DNA from: Histomonas meleagridis 2922-C6/04-290x
Taxonomy: Eukaryota; Protista; Parabasalia
Assembly (NCBI GenBank): GCA_020184695.1
Contig: JAANOX010000258.1
Location: 496,001 to 560,000 of the forward strand
Length of the DNA stretch: 64,000 bases
Reading direction: 5' to 3'
Numbering within the stretch: the stretch's first letter is position 1; the number at the start of each line of letters is the position of its first letter. Shown one piece after another: positions 31,861 through 41,333 of the stretch. The notes beneath the pieces are model-generated. The model was not told the origin of the DNA, searched no databases, and saw only the letters and a list, made by a program, of their open reading frames with translations. A program made the translations under genes and the position numbers.

Positions 31861-33717
31861 TTAAAAATAAATATTAGGATTTTCATTGAATTCATCTGCA
31901 TGATCTCCTTCATTGAGTTCATTCTCTTCAGTTTTGTTCATTTCTTCTTCCCTATGTCTTCTTACAATAAAAACAGATATAATTATAATTATGATAAGAA
32001 CTACGATTACTGAAATGGTAATAACAACAATGATAATATATTTGGTTGTTGTATCATTTTTATTTTCGTTTTCTTCTGTAACAGAAAAATCGGAATAATA
32101 TGGAAAATAATTTGAATAAAATGTAACTGAATATTCATAATGAACAATCAAAGTTTCAATATATGTAAGCATTGAGTTTGTGTTTGTAATAGAAACTGTT
32201 AATAATAAATTCGACTTATATATAATTAATGACTCTGTAAATGATAAAATATATGATACTATAAATGATTGCGTTGAAGTTAGATAATAGGATGATTCAG
32301 AAAATGAATATAAGATAGAAAGTGAATTTGATTCATCATTTGTGTTTATATTTGTAAATGTATTTGAATTAGTAAATGTATTTGGATCAGTAAATGTATT
32401 TGAATTAGTAAATGTATTTGAATTAGTAAATGTATTTGAATTAGTAAATGTATTTGGATCAGTAAATGAATTAGTTGATGGAAGGCATTCATCAACGATT
32501 GTTCCTTTTACTACAGTAAGATTACAAAATTTATCACTTTGATATGAATTCGATGTCATAACAGTAGCATTTATATTATTAGGAAAAATATTTGCATTAG
32601 GATCTGTTTCTCCATAATAAAATATACAATGAATTGATTTACAACCATAAAATGCATTTTCTCCAAATGTTTGAACTGATTTTGGAATTTCGATGCGTGT
32701 TGAATGAGTACATGAATAAAATGCATAACTTCCAATTGTTGTTACTGAATCAGGAATTATAATATTAGTTAAATGTGTACATGAATAAAATGCATAACTT
32801 CCAATTGTTGTTACTGAATCAGGAATTATAATATTAGTTAAATGTGTACATGAATAAAATGATTTGTTCCCAATTATTTGAACTGTATTTGATATTCGAA
32901 ATATTTTCTTTTCAATTCCTGATGAATAGCAAATAAGTTTTGTTTGATTCTTGTTGTATAAAACACCATCAGCATCGGAACAATAATTTTCATTTCCAGT
33001 ATTAACTTTAATAAATTGAAGTTTATAACAGTAATTAAATGCATCTACTCCAATTACTGTAACTGATGCTGGTATTGTAATATTTTTCAAGCTCGTGCAT
33101 AGGTAAAATGAAGAGTTTCCAATTGTGGTGATATTTTCTCCAATGATAATAGATTCTAAATTATAGCATGAAAAAAATGCATATTGACCAATTATTGTAA
33201 CTGAACCTGAAATTATCATTTTTTTTAAAAATCTACATGAATCAAATGCTTGATCTCCAATTATTTTAACTGTACTTAATATTTGAAATGCATCTTTTTC
33301 AATTCCTGATGGACAGCAAATGAGTTTTGTTTGATTTATGTTGTATAAAACACCATCGGTATCCGAACTATAATTTTTATTATCTTTCATAATTTCAATA
33401 AATCGAAGGCTACAACAATATAAAAATATATTTCCTCCAATTTCTACAACTGATGCTGGAATTGTGATATTTGGTAAACTAGTACATTGCAAAAAAGCAT
33501 ATTTCCCAATTTTTATAACTGTTTCACTAATATTAATATTAATTAAAATGTTACATTCAGCGAAAGCATAAGCTGGAATTTCAGTGATTCCATTTTTAAT
33601 AATTATATATTGAGCATATTTTTTAGTTGAATTATTGAAATCACTTTCGTTAGCAATGATAAATGGTTCTGAATTAGAAATATGTATTAAATATATAAAA
33701 AAATTTAATAATATCAT
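31861..33717 (-). CDS. BspA-like LRR_5 surface protein (signal peptide, LRRs, NTFTNS stalk, TM, acidic tail)
   Basis: Hydrophobic N-terminus, many IPxSVTxIGxxAFxxC repeats, 18-bp TNSNTF repeats at about 32350-32470 and a TM helix. Confidence 0.93.
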   Translation of the reverse strand: MILLNFFIYLIHISNSEPFIIANESDFNNSTKKYAQYIIIKNGITEIPAYAFAECNILININISETVIKIGKYAFLQCTSLPNITIPASVVEIGGNIFLYCCSLRFIEIMKDNKNYSSDTDGVLYNINQTKLICCPSGIEKDAFQILSTVKIIGDQAFDSCRFLKKMIISGSVTIIGQYAFFSCYNLESIIIGENITTIGNSSFYLCTSLKNITIPASVTVIGVDAFNYCYKLQFIKVNTGNENYCSDADGVLYNKNQTKLICYSSGIEKKIFRISNTVQIIGNKSFYSCTHLTNIIIPDSVTTIGSYAFYSCTHLTNIIIPDSVTTIGSYAFYSCTHSTRIEIPKSVQTFGENAFYGCKSIHCIFYYGETDPNANIFPNNINATVMTSNSYQSDKFCNLTVVKGTIVDECLPSTNSFTDPNTFTNSNTFTNSNTFTNSNTFTDPNTFTNSNTFTNINTNDESNSLSILYSFSESSYYLTSTQSFIVSYILSFTESLIIYKSNLLLTVSITNTNSMLTYIETLIVHYEYSVTFYSNYFPYYSDFSVTEENENKNDTTTKYIIIVVITISVIVVLIIIIIISVFIVRRHREEEMNKTEENELNEGDHADEFNENPNIYF

Positions 33718-34433
33718 AAATCACAATAAAAAATGTGAAACTTTATGATATTATATGATTTTATATATTCGAAAACTGGGAAAGAACAAGAAATAACCAT
33801 AAAAATAGACAAAAATATTAATGATAACAACATGTCTCAAAACACACAATGTATATAATCAAAAAGTAATAATTAGATAAATTCTGATTTCTCCATGGGA
33901 ACTTACTTAGACAAAATTAGAATTTTGTATTATCCTTTATCTAAATCATTGATCCTTAGAGATATTTAACCAAGCATAACATATATTTCTTGCATTAATC
34001 TTATTAAAAGGAAATAATGAATTCATTTTAATTGGGCATAATTTTTCCATAAAATAATATCATTTGTTATCTTCATCGATATCTGTATAATTACACAATT
34101 ATATAGTATTCAACATATTTTAGTTTTTATTCTGATTTCTTTTACAGTCTTCAATCAGAATGTACAAATTACTATTAAAAATCAAACAAATATTTTCCTT
34201 ATTATCTTGTTGTTTGTGCAATACTTCTTGTTATATTTATTGTTCAAGAATGAGACAAAAATAAAAATAAATGTTAAAACAAATGCGAACACTACTGAAA
34301 GGATTTCAGTTATTAGCCAAATACCAAATATAGATGAAGACACATTCTTCTACTATTTTAAATAAGATCAAAGATAATAATATCATTCATAAACGAATTT
34401 TAAATATTTAAATATGTAATTTTTTTTTTTTTA

Positions 34434-37400
34434 TTAAATTATGATAAGATCTTCTTCTGAGTTTGTGATATCCAATGGGATAACGCTTGCCAACAAAACA
34501 GGTGAGTTAACAGTTTCTCTCAAATAGTCTTTGCATATGTCGTCGCATTCTGCCTTGTCGCCTGCCTTCACTATCAAGACCTTTGTTTGAATTTCTTTCA
34601 ACGAAACGGCAAAGCAAATCAAACATTGGAACAACTTATCCTTTTTCTTTTGGAAATTACTTCTTCCTACGTTCAGGCCAATTTTTTCTGTTTTTATTGC
34701 AGCGATTAAACTTCCCAACACCAATGATTTGTCGTTATTAAAACGTAAATCAAATCTTCCGACGGGTGTTATGAATTTATAGAACATATTCTTTTGGTAC
34801 GTCCATAACAAAGGAATTGGGATATTGATAAAATTATCAGATTTCTCATTTGGCATTAAGATCAAATAATTTCTTGTAAATATTACAGTTACTTTTTGCT
34901 TGTTATTAAATGGTAATGAACGTGGGAAATTATATGAATTGTCATTAAATATTCGCTTAAATATGTTATTAAATTGTGATTGAAATATATAACTTAAATG
35001 TGAATGAATTCCATTAATTCGTGCATTACCAATATATATTATTCCATCATTTATTTGTGGTAATAATTGTTGTGGTAATTCTAAGAATTGAATAATATGT
35101 TTATTAACTTCAGGACTTAATTGATTAAATGTGTTTAATGCTAATGTTTCTTGTTTTTCGATATTTTCTTTTATCATTTTCATCATTTTAATGTCATCAA
35201 TGGATTCAATTAAATGTTTATATAATTCTTTTATATAAAATGAAACATTAATTACCCATAAAAGTGGATAAAACATCATTAATAAGTTTAATGCAATAAC
35301 AATTTTAGGAGAATTATCAAATTTATTATGTAAATAAAATTCTTTACCTATAGTATTATCCACAATTTTATTAAAATCGGTTTTAAGTTTATTTATATAT
35401 TTTGTTATATCAATTGTGTTAAATATTTGTAAGAAATGATGTAACGAAGTTGAAAAATCATAATTAACTTTAGCTAAAGTAGTTTGGATATATATAATCC
35501 GATGTGCAAAATTATTAATTTCTTCAAATGAATAGTTTTTATATGAATTACAAAATATTTGTAACTCTGTGATTGATTGAACTCGATTATTTATTAAGTT
35601 TATTAATCCTTTTATTAATAATTCACGTTTCCAATATTGAAACAAAAATAATTTACAAGTTGGATCTGTCGCTAATAAATATGGCTGATTCGAATCTTTA
35701 ATTTCATTTAATTTATTATCATTTGTTAATAATGTTTTAATCACTTCAAAATTGTTCATTTTAGCCGCATAATGTAATGGCATTAATGATTGATGATTAG
35801 TAACTCTAACGTTAGCATTTTTAGATAACAAATATTTGATTATTTCAATGCCAGATGTAATAGTTGCACAATGTAATGGTGTCATTCCATTTTTATCAGT
35901 CGAATTAATTGGATAATTTAAATCAATTAATTTCTGTAATTCATCGAAATTATTATTTGTAATTAATTCATTTAATTTGTTTTTAACGCCCATCGAATGT
36001 AATAAGTCCATACATTCAAAATGTTTATTTTCTAATGCATAATCTAATGGAGTTTTACTAAAGTTATCTTTAGCATTTAATGATTTTCTATTTTCGATAT
36101 TTAAACATTGTAAAAAGAATTTTAATATTTCGACTGCACCATTTTTACAGATAGTATGAAATGGGTTTTGTCCATCTTTATTCACTTCTGTTAAAGTAAA
36201 ATCAGTTGCTTTATAAAATCGTTTTGCCATTGATAACATTGAATCATTTGATAAGAAATGAAATATTGTATTATCGTAATTATCTTTATGATTTAACTTG
36301 CCCATTTCTTTTGATAATACATCACAAGCTTTAGCATTACTTGTGATGACTGAATAATGAATTGGTATTCTTCCTAATGAATCTTTCTCTTCAATTAATT
36401 CTCTTAAACTTTTTATCGAGACTTCAATGCCTTCATTACCTATAGCTTCCATATGTAATATATTAGTATTTGATACTTCATAATCACCAAAGTTCCTCAT
36501 TTTAATTAATACATTTTCGATTTCAGGAGTAATTAAATTAATTGTTGGAGTAATAAATGTTTGATTCGATAATTTGTTTATCTTTTTAGGCAATTTATGT
36601 CTTTTGATTAATTCAATGACTTTTTGGAAGTTAATTGTATAACGTTGAAGTGGTGTATTAGGTGTAGGTAATAATAAATTAGTAATTCCAAACGCATAAT
36701 CAACAACAAATGGCGTTAAACCACATTCACATTTAGAATCATTATCAAGCTTTCGTAATTCAGGTATAATTTGATTATTACCTGAAAGAATTAAATACAT
36801 TAAAGGTGTTAATCCTAAATTATCTTTTTCATTTAAGTCTAACTTATATAATTTAATTATGTCCTTAATAAAATCAAATTGATTAGTTGCACATGCATAA
36901 TGTAATGCTGTGGCACCATTAGGATCTTTAATGTTTACATCTGGATGACATAAATTTAAAAATTTATGTGCAACATCTAAAAGATTTCGTTTAATTAGTC
37001 GTATCAATATCGTATCACCATCATCAGCAACTTTCGTTGGTGATATTTTGGATTTAATGAGTTCTAGTGCAAACTCTTTTTTGCCTAAATCAGCAGCTAA
37101 AAATAACGCGTTTGTGTTTTGTTCTTCTGATGTAAACTCACTTATCGTCGTTATCGTTTGGACAGAATTCGACTCAAGCGAAAGTTCTAATGGCGATAAC
37201 CCACTAGAATCTACAACAGTTAATGATGCACCAGATTGTATTAGGTAATGACAAATGTCATAATAACCTTTTGATGCTGCAATATGTAATGGAGAATAAT
37301 TATTTCGTCCAGATTGAATATCAATTTTGTCTTTAAATGGCGAAAATGGTGACTCTACAAGATAAGTGATGGCTAAAAGATCTCGTTTTGAAACAGCGGA

Positions 37401-37997
37401 ATGTAATGACGGTAATGCATCAAACGTTTCTAAAAGCGCAGCTATCTCTTTTTGATTAGCTAGCAAAGCAAGATCATATGATGAAACAAATCTTAGCCGA
37501 CGGTGATTAAAAAATGGAATTGTAGATTCAGCGCCTAAAATTAAATCATCAACTGAATTGATCTTGTTCTCTAATAAAAATCTAACGGCTTCAACCTGGC
37601 CATAATAAATAGCAAAATGAAGTGGAGTCCATCCATTAGCTGATTTAGATGTAAGTAATGTATTAGATTTTTGATATATAGCCAAAAGCTCGACATTACC
37701 AAGTTGAGCTGCAATGTGTGCTGGCGTTATTTTATTAATATTTTGGAAATGATGTTGAGGAAATTGTTCAATCATGAAAGAACTAACTTTTAAAGATGAT
37801 GAAATTGCAGCATAATGTAAAATTGTGTTACCATCAAAATCAGCAAGTAGTAATGATTCTTTTCCTGTTGCAGCAACTAAATCTTTTAATGGTTCAATTT
37901 GATCTTCTGACCCCCAAAGATGAACTGCAGATGCACCATTGTGAGGTAGTAGCTTTATGTTTTTTATTTTGAATACATTGATTCTGCTTTGATCCAT
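34434..37997 (-). CDS. Large ankyrin-repeat protein
   Basis: GNTILHYAA, ITPAHIAA, GWTPLHFA, NYSPLHIAASKG, GATALHYA, GMTPLHCA, LMPLHYAA; uninterrupted 1187-aa ORF. Confidence 0.93.
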   Translation of the reverse strand: MDQSRINVFKIKNIKLLPHNGASAVHLWGSEDQIEPLKDLVAATGKESLLLADFDGNTILHYAAISSSLKVSSFMIEQFPQHHFQNINKITPAHIAAQLGNVELLAIYQKSNTLLTSKSANGWTPLHFAIYYGQVEAVRFLLENKINSVDDLILGAESTIPFFNHRRLRFVSSYDLALLANQKEIAALLETFDALPSLHSAVSKRDLLAITYLVESPFSPFKDKIDIQSGRNNYSPLHIAASKGYYDICHYLIQSGASLTVVDSSGLSPLELSLESNSVQTITTISEFTSEEQNTNALFLAADLGKKEFALELIKSKISPTKVADDGDTILIRLIKRNLLDVAHKFLNLCHPDVNIKDPNGATALHYACATNQFDFIKDIIKLYKLDLNEKDNLGLTPLMYLILSGNNQIIPELRKLDNDSKCECGLTPFVVDYAFGITNLLLPTPNTPLQRYTINFQKVIELIKRHKLPKKINKLSNQTFITPTINLITPEIENVLIKMRNFGDYEVSNTNILHMEAIGNEGIEVSIKSLRELIEEKDSLGRIPIHYSVITSNAKACDVLSKEMGKLNHKDNYDNTIFHFLSNDSMLSMAKRFYKATDFTLTEVNKDGQNPFHTICKNGAVEILKFFLQCLNIENRKSLNAKDNFSKTPLDYALENKHFECMDLLHSMGVKNKLNELITNNNFDELQKLIDLNYPINSTDKNGMTPLHCATITSGIEIIKYLLSKNANVRVTNHQSLMPLHYAAKMNNFEVIKTLLTNDNKLNEIKDSNQPYLLATDPTCKLFLFQYWKRELLIKGLINLINNRVQSITELQIFCNSYKNYSFEEINNFAHRIIYIQTTLAKVNYDFSTSLHHFLQIFNTIDITKYINKLKTDFNKIVDNTIGKEFYLHNKFDNSPKIVIALNLLMMFYPLLWVINVSFYIKELYKHLIESIDDIKMMKMIKENIEKQETLALNTFNQLSPEVNKHIIQFLELPQQLLPQINDGIIYIGNARINGIHSHLSYIFQSQFNNIFKRIFNDNSYNFPRSLPFNNKQKVTVIFTRNYLILMPNEKSDNFINIPIPLLWTYQKNMFYKFITPVGRFDLRFNNDKSLVLGSLIAAIKTEKIGLNVGRSNFQKKKDKLFQCLICFAVSLKEIQTKVLIVKAGDKAECDDICKDYLRETVNSPVLLASVIPLDITNSEEDLIII

Positions 37998-39545
37998 AAT
38001 TTCCCAAAACTACTGTAATTGCTTTTGAATTCATTGTAGTAAAGTTGACAATTTTTCAGAAGATAAAACCGGCAAACGGTGTTAACCACTTCACAATTTT
38101 GCGTGCTACAGGAAAAAACGACATTTATTTACTCTCAATTTAAACTCATTTGAATTAAAATAATTATTGGCAATTCTTTATTCCCACACAATCATCTTAC
38201 GATAATTAAATTGAATATCCTAACAAAAAGTGTTTTTAAAAAGATGGATTTCTGAGTTCTGTACGATCAAGAAGAATTCATTTTAATTAGAAAAGAAAAG
38301 TTCAGGTTTTTGGGTTGCCATCGTTAATTTTTGAATATAAATAACTGCTTCTTGGAATAAATTGTTTTATCGTGGTCAATTTGACTGAATTTTGTAATTC
38401 TTGCTTTTAAGCCTGCGGTGTCATATTAACATTTCATGCTTACTCAATTGAATTTAAATTAAATTTAGTACTAAAAACTTATCCCATGTATTTAAAGCGA
38501 AAAATGCGAAAATCATTTGATGATACATTTTTTTTATGATGACGATGAATAAATGTATTATATTTATATCAAAATTCACAATAATTGCATTTCTTTATTG
38601 AAATGCATTATTTTGATGAATGACTTTATTCAATGATCAAAATATTTTCGATGTTTATTATAAAAAGTATATATTAACTTCATGGGAGTTTTTTTTAGCT
38701 TGCACGAAGACACTGTCAACCAACTTAATTTTTTATATATTTCTTTTTAATTTAGAATTATTTGACGTGTATTTAATACATCTCAGATTTTAGCATATAA
38801 GGACAGTAGACAAATTTTCATAAAGGTATAATAATTTACTGATATTTTTTTTGAATATATTCACTTTCCATTTAAATTCGTGTACGATACAATACACAAA
38901 CGGTCATCTAAGCAAAGACTGGACATCCCTACTATCCACATCTAAACCAGGATACACAAGTATTGTTGAAAAAATGTTTAAAATATTTTTATTTTCTGTT
39001 TAATTTTGTGATTATTTTTTGTGAGTATCGCTCACTTGTAGAGGAACGAATCTTGATGGATTTGTAACCGCAAAATGAATTCAAAAAGTTATTTTTTCTT
39101 TGTTAAGAGCCTCCAATAATGAATAAATTGTTTCAAGAATTATCCTATTTATATAATAAATAAATTATAAAAAATTGCAAAGACGAATTTTTGAATTTTT
39201 GCACTGGTCCTTAGATATTGAAAATCTTGTATAACTTAAAAACAGAATGAAAACTAAAAAAAATTATATAAATTAATATTAACCATTATTAGTTCTATAT
39301 ATATATTTTGAATTTGAATTTCTGTTATTTATTCTAAAGCTCAAAAAATCATTTTGAAATTTTGGAGATCGCTAATAAAAAACTTAGATAACAAAATTTG
39401 GCTATAATAATTTTATTGAATATAATATATATATACTTATTTATTTATATTTCTTTAAATTTAGTTAAGTAAAAAATGAAAAAAAAAATTGATTTTCTGA
39501 TTCGAAACGACCGTTTATTTGGTTGACACTAGTGATACTCCAAAA

Positions 39546-40196
39546 ATGGGAATTTGCATTTTTCTTCATATTGAACATAAAGAAAACAAAATCATTGGTT
39601 GCGATAAGGATGGCAAACCTGTTTATGAAGATGGAGAGTGGAAATGTGCAGATGGATACATTGAAGATCCTTATAGTACTTCTGAAGAAAAAGAACTTGT
39701 TCTTGATTCCCCATACATTGGAAGGGACTATCATCTTTTTGCCATCCTTGCAAATGTTCGTAATGATTTCAATAATCTATGCATCAGTCCTCCACGAGGT
39801 CTTCCTAACGACATTTCAAATGAAGTTAGAAATGAGGCAATAAAGATGAACGACCCAACATTTCATAGTCATTCATATTTTACACTCAAAGAATTAATTG
39901 ATTATCAAAAAAATGCCCCATCATTGAAGCAAGGGGGAATGATTAGTCCTCAAAGTCAAAAAGCATTAGATGAACGTGGCATTATTCCTGAATGTTATTG
40001 TTTTGGTACCAGTGATCCAACTTGGCAGTTTCGTGAGTGGGAAACCGAAAACAAAGTCCTTATTCCAATCATTGAAATTCTTAAAGAACGAGCAGACAAA
40101 GTCGGGTTAATTCCTAGTTGGGAATGGGATGAATCCCCAAAAAGTGCGTATGAAAAATCAGAAAAGATTAGAATAGTTTTTTGGTTTGACATTTAA
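39546..40196 (+). CDS. Hypothetical protein of a phage/bacterial-type family (MGCDIH...RIVFWFDN-like)
   Basis: MGICIFLHIE, GRDYHLFAILANVRN, PRGLPNDISNEV, HSHSYFTLKEL and terminal IRIVFWFDI match a motif set I recall from phage/bacterial hypothetical proteins. Probable start is 39546. Confidence 0.7.
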   Translation: MGICIFLHIEHKENKIIGCDKDGKPVYEDGEWKCADGYIEDPYSTSEEKELVLDSPYIGRDYHLFAILANVRNDFNNLCISPPRGLPNDISNEVRNEAIKMNDPTFHSHSYFTLKELIDYQKNAPSLKQGGMISPQSQKALDERGIIPECYCFGTSDPTWQFREWETENKVLIPIIEILKERADKVGLIPSWEWDESPKSAYEKSEKIRIVFWFDI

Positions 40197-40345
40197 ATAT
40201 CATGATTTCACATTAATTCGTAAAATTTCTCATTTTTTGTTTTTATTTTTTTATACGAACCAATAATTTTTCACATAACAATTCATATCAAACGGTTACT
40301 AACAATTTTTGAATTAAATTCATTTACTTTTTTTAAAGATCTTTA

Positions 40346-41248
40346 ATGATCATTCTTGAGTTTGAATCTGCGATTCTTAGGAACCTTCTCGAACGTAGCC
40401 TTATGCCACACGAAAAGCTTTCAGGCGAGTACCTATTTTGTGACTTTGATGGCGTTAAATTCCGTCTTCATGTTGATAAAAAGACTAATGACATTGAAGT
40501 CGATATGTACATTGCTTGTGCACAAGAACTTGATGAATATGGTGCACAAGAAGCCTATGAAAAATATTATGGAAAGTATAAGATTGAACCAAAAGCAAAA
40601 GGTGCAATCAAATATACCCATGCAATCAAATTTAACCTTACTCAAATGAACGAAAAGGAACAAAAGGACATGATCACTCTTGCCTCAAGAATGAAAGCAT
40701 ATGTTTTAGGCGCACCAATAATTTTTGTTGCCGAACAAGTTACCGCCAAATCCAACTTTGCACCATTTGAGATCCCATTCCGTAGGTCCACAATGGAAAG
40801 CTACTTTATCACGCCAACATCACAAGGGGCCGCCTGTACATTTTCAATTCGATTTAGTGATCCTGGCGATAAAATCATTGCCGGAGTCTTCTTCCAAGAA
40901 CTTGCAGCAGCTCGTACACGTGTTAAGAATGCTCCTGTTGTTACATATTCCAATGATCCACCAGCTGATTTAGGGGCATTTGATCTTCCAACGAAAGACA
41001 AGAACATGTATGCCTATGTTACAATTAGTCTTCAAGCCGCACAACTTTCAGATCGTAAGAGAGAAGACATCTCATTCTATCTTCCAATGTTCCGTGATTA
41101 TCTTCATTATCACATCAAATGTGCTAAAGCCTTCATGCACCAAAAGATGCGAGCTAGGACCACCATGATGCTCAAAATCCTCGACGCTGCCAAGCCAGAG
41201 CCCAAGCAAAAGGTTCGCCGTACGATCACTGGAAGAATCATGAAGTAA
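40346..41248 (+). CDS. ARPC2: Arp2/3 complex subunit 2 (p34-Arc)
   Basis: MIILE, DFDGVKF, IIAGVFFQE, APVVTYSNDPP, FRDYLHYHIKCAKAFMHQKMR, RTITGR. Confidence 0.96.
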   Translation: MIILEFESAILRNLLERSLMPHEKLSGEYLFCDFDGVKFRLHVDKKTNDIEVDMYIACAQELDEYGAQEAYEKYYGKYKIEPKAKGAIKYTHAIKFNLTQMNEKEQKDMITLASRMKAYVLGAPIIFVAEQVTAKSNFAPFEIPFRRSTMESYFITPTSQGAACTFSIRFSDPGDKIIAGVFFQELAAARTRVKNAPVVTYSNDPPADLGAFDLPTKDKNMYAYVTISLQAAQLSDRKREDISFYLPMFRDYLHYHIKCAKAFMHQKMRARTTMMLKILDAAKPEPKQKVRRTITGRIMK

Positions 41249-41316
41249 ATTAAACGTCTTCTAATTCTTATTTTCAAGTAATTGAATATTTTACAACAAT
41301 TAAATTATTGAGTGTT

Positions 41317-41324
41317 GACCGTTA
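41317..41324 (+). promoter_or_regulatory. Myb-like RCSGTT (trichomonad M3-type) element upstream of the exportin ATG
   Basis: GACCGTTA lies 10 nt before the ATG. Similar RCSGTT motifs lie 45-55 nt upstream of PARG-like (21008), ARPC2 (40291) and ArfGAP (57278). Confidence 0.45.
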
Positions 41325-41333
41325 ACTCAAAAA

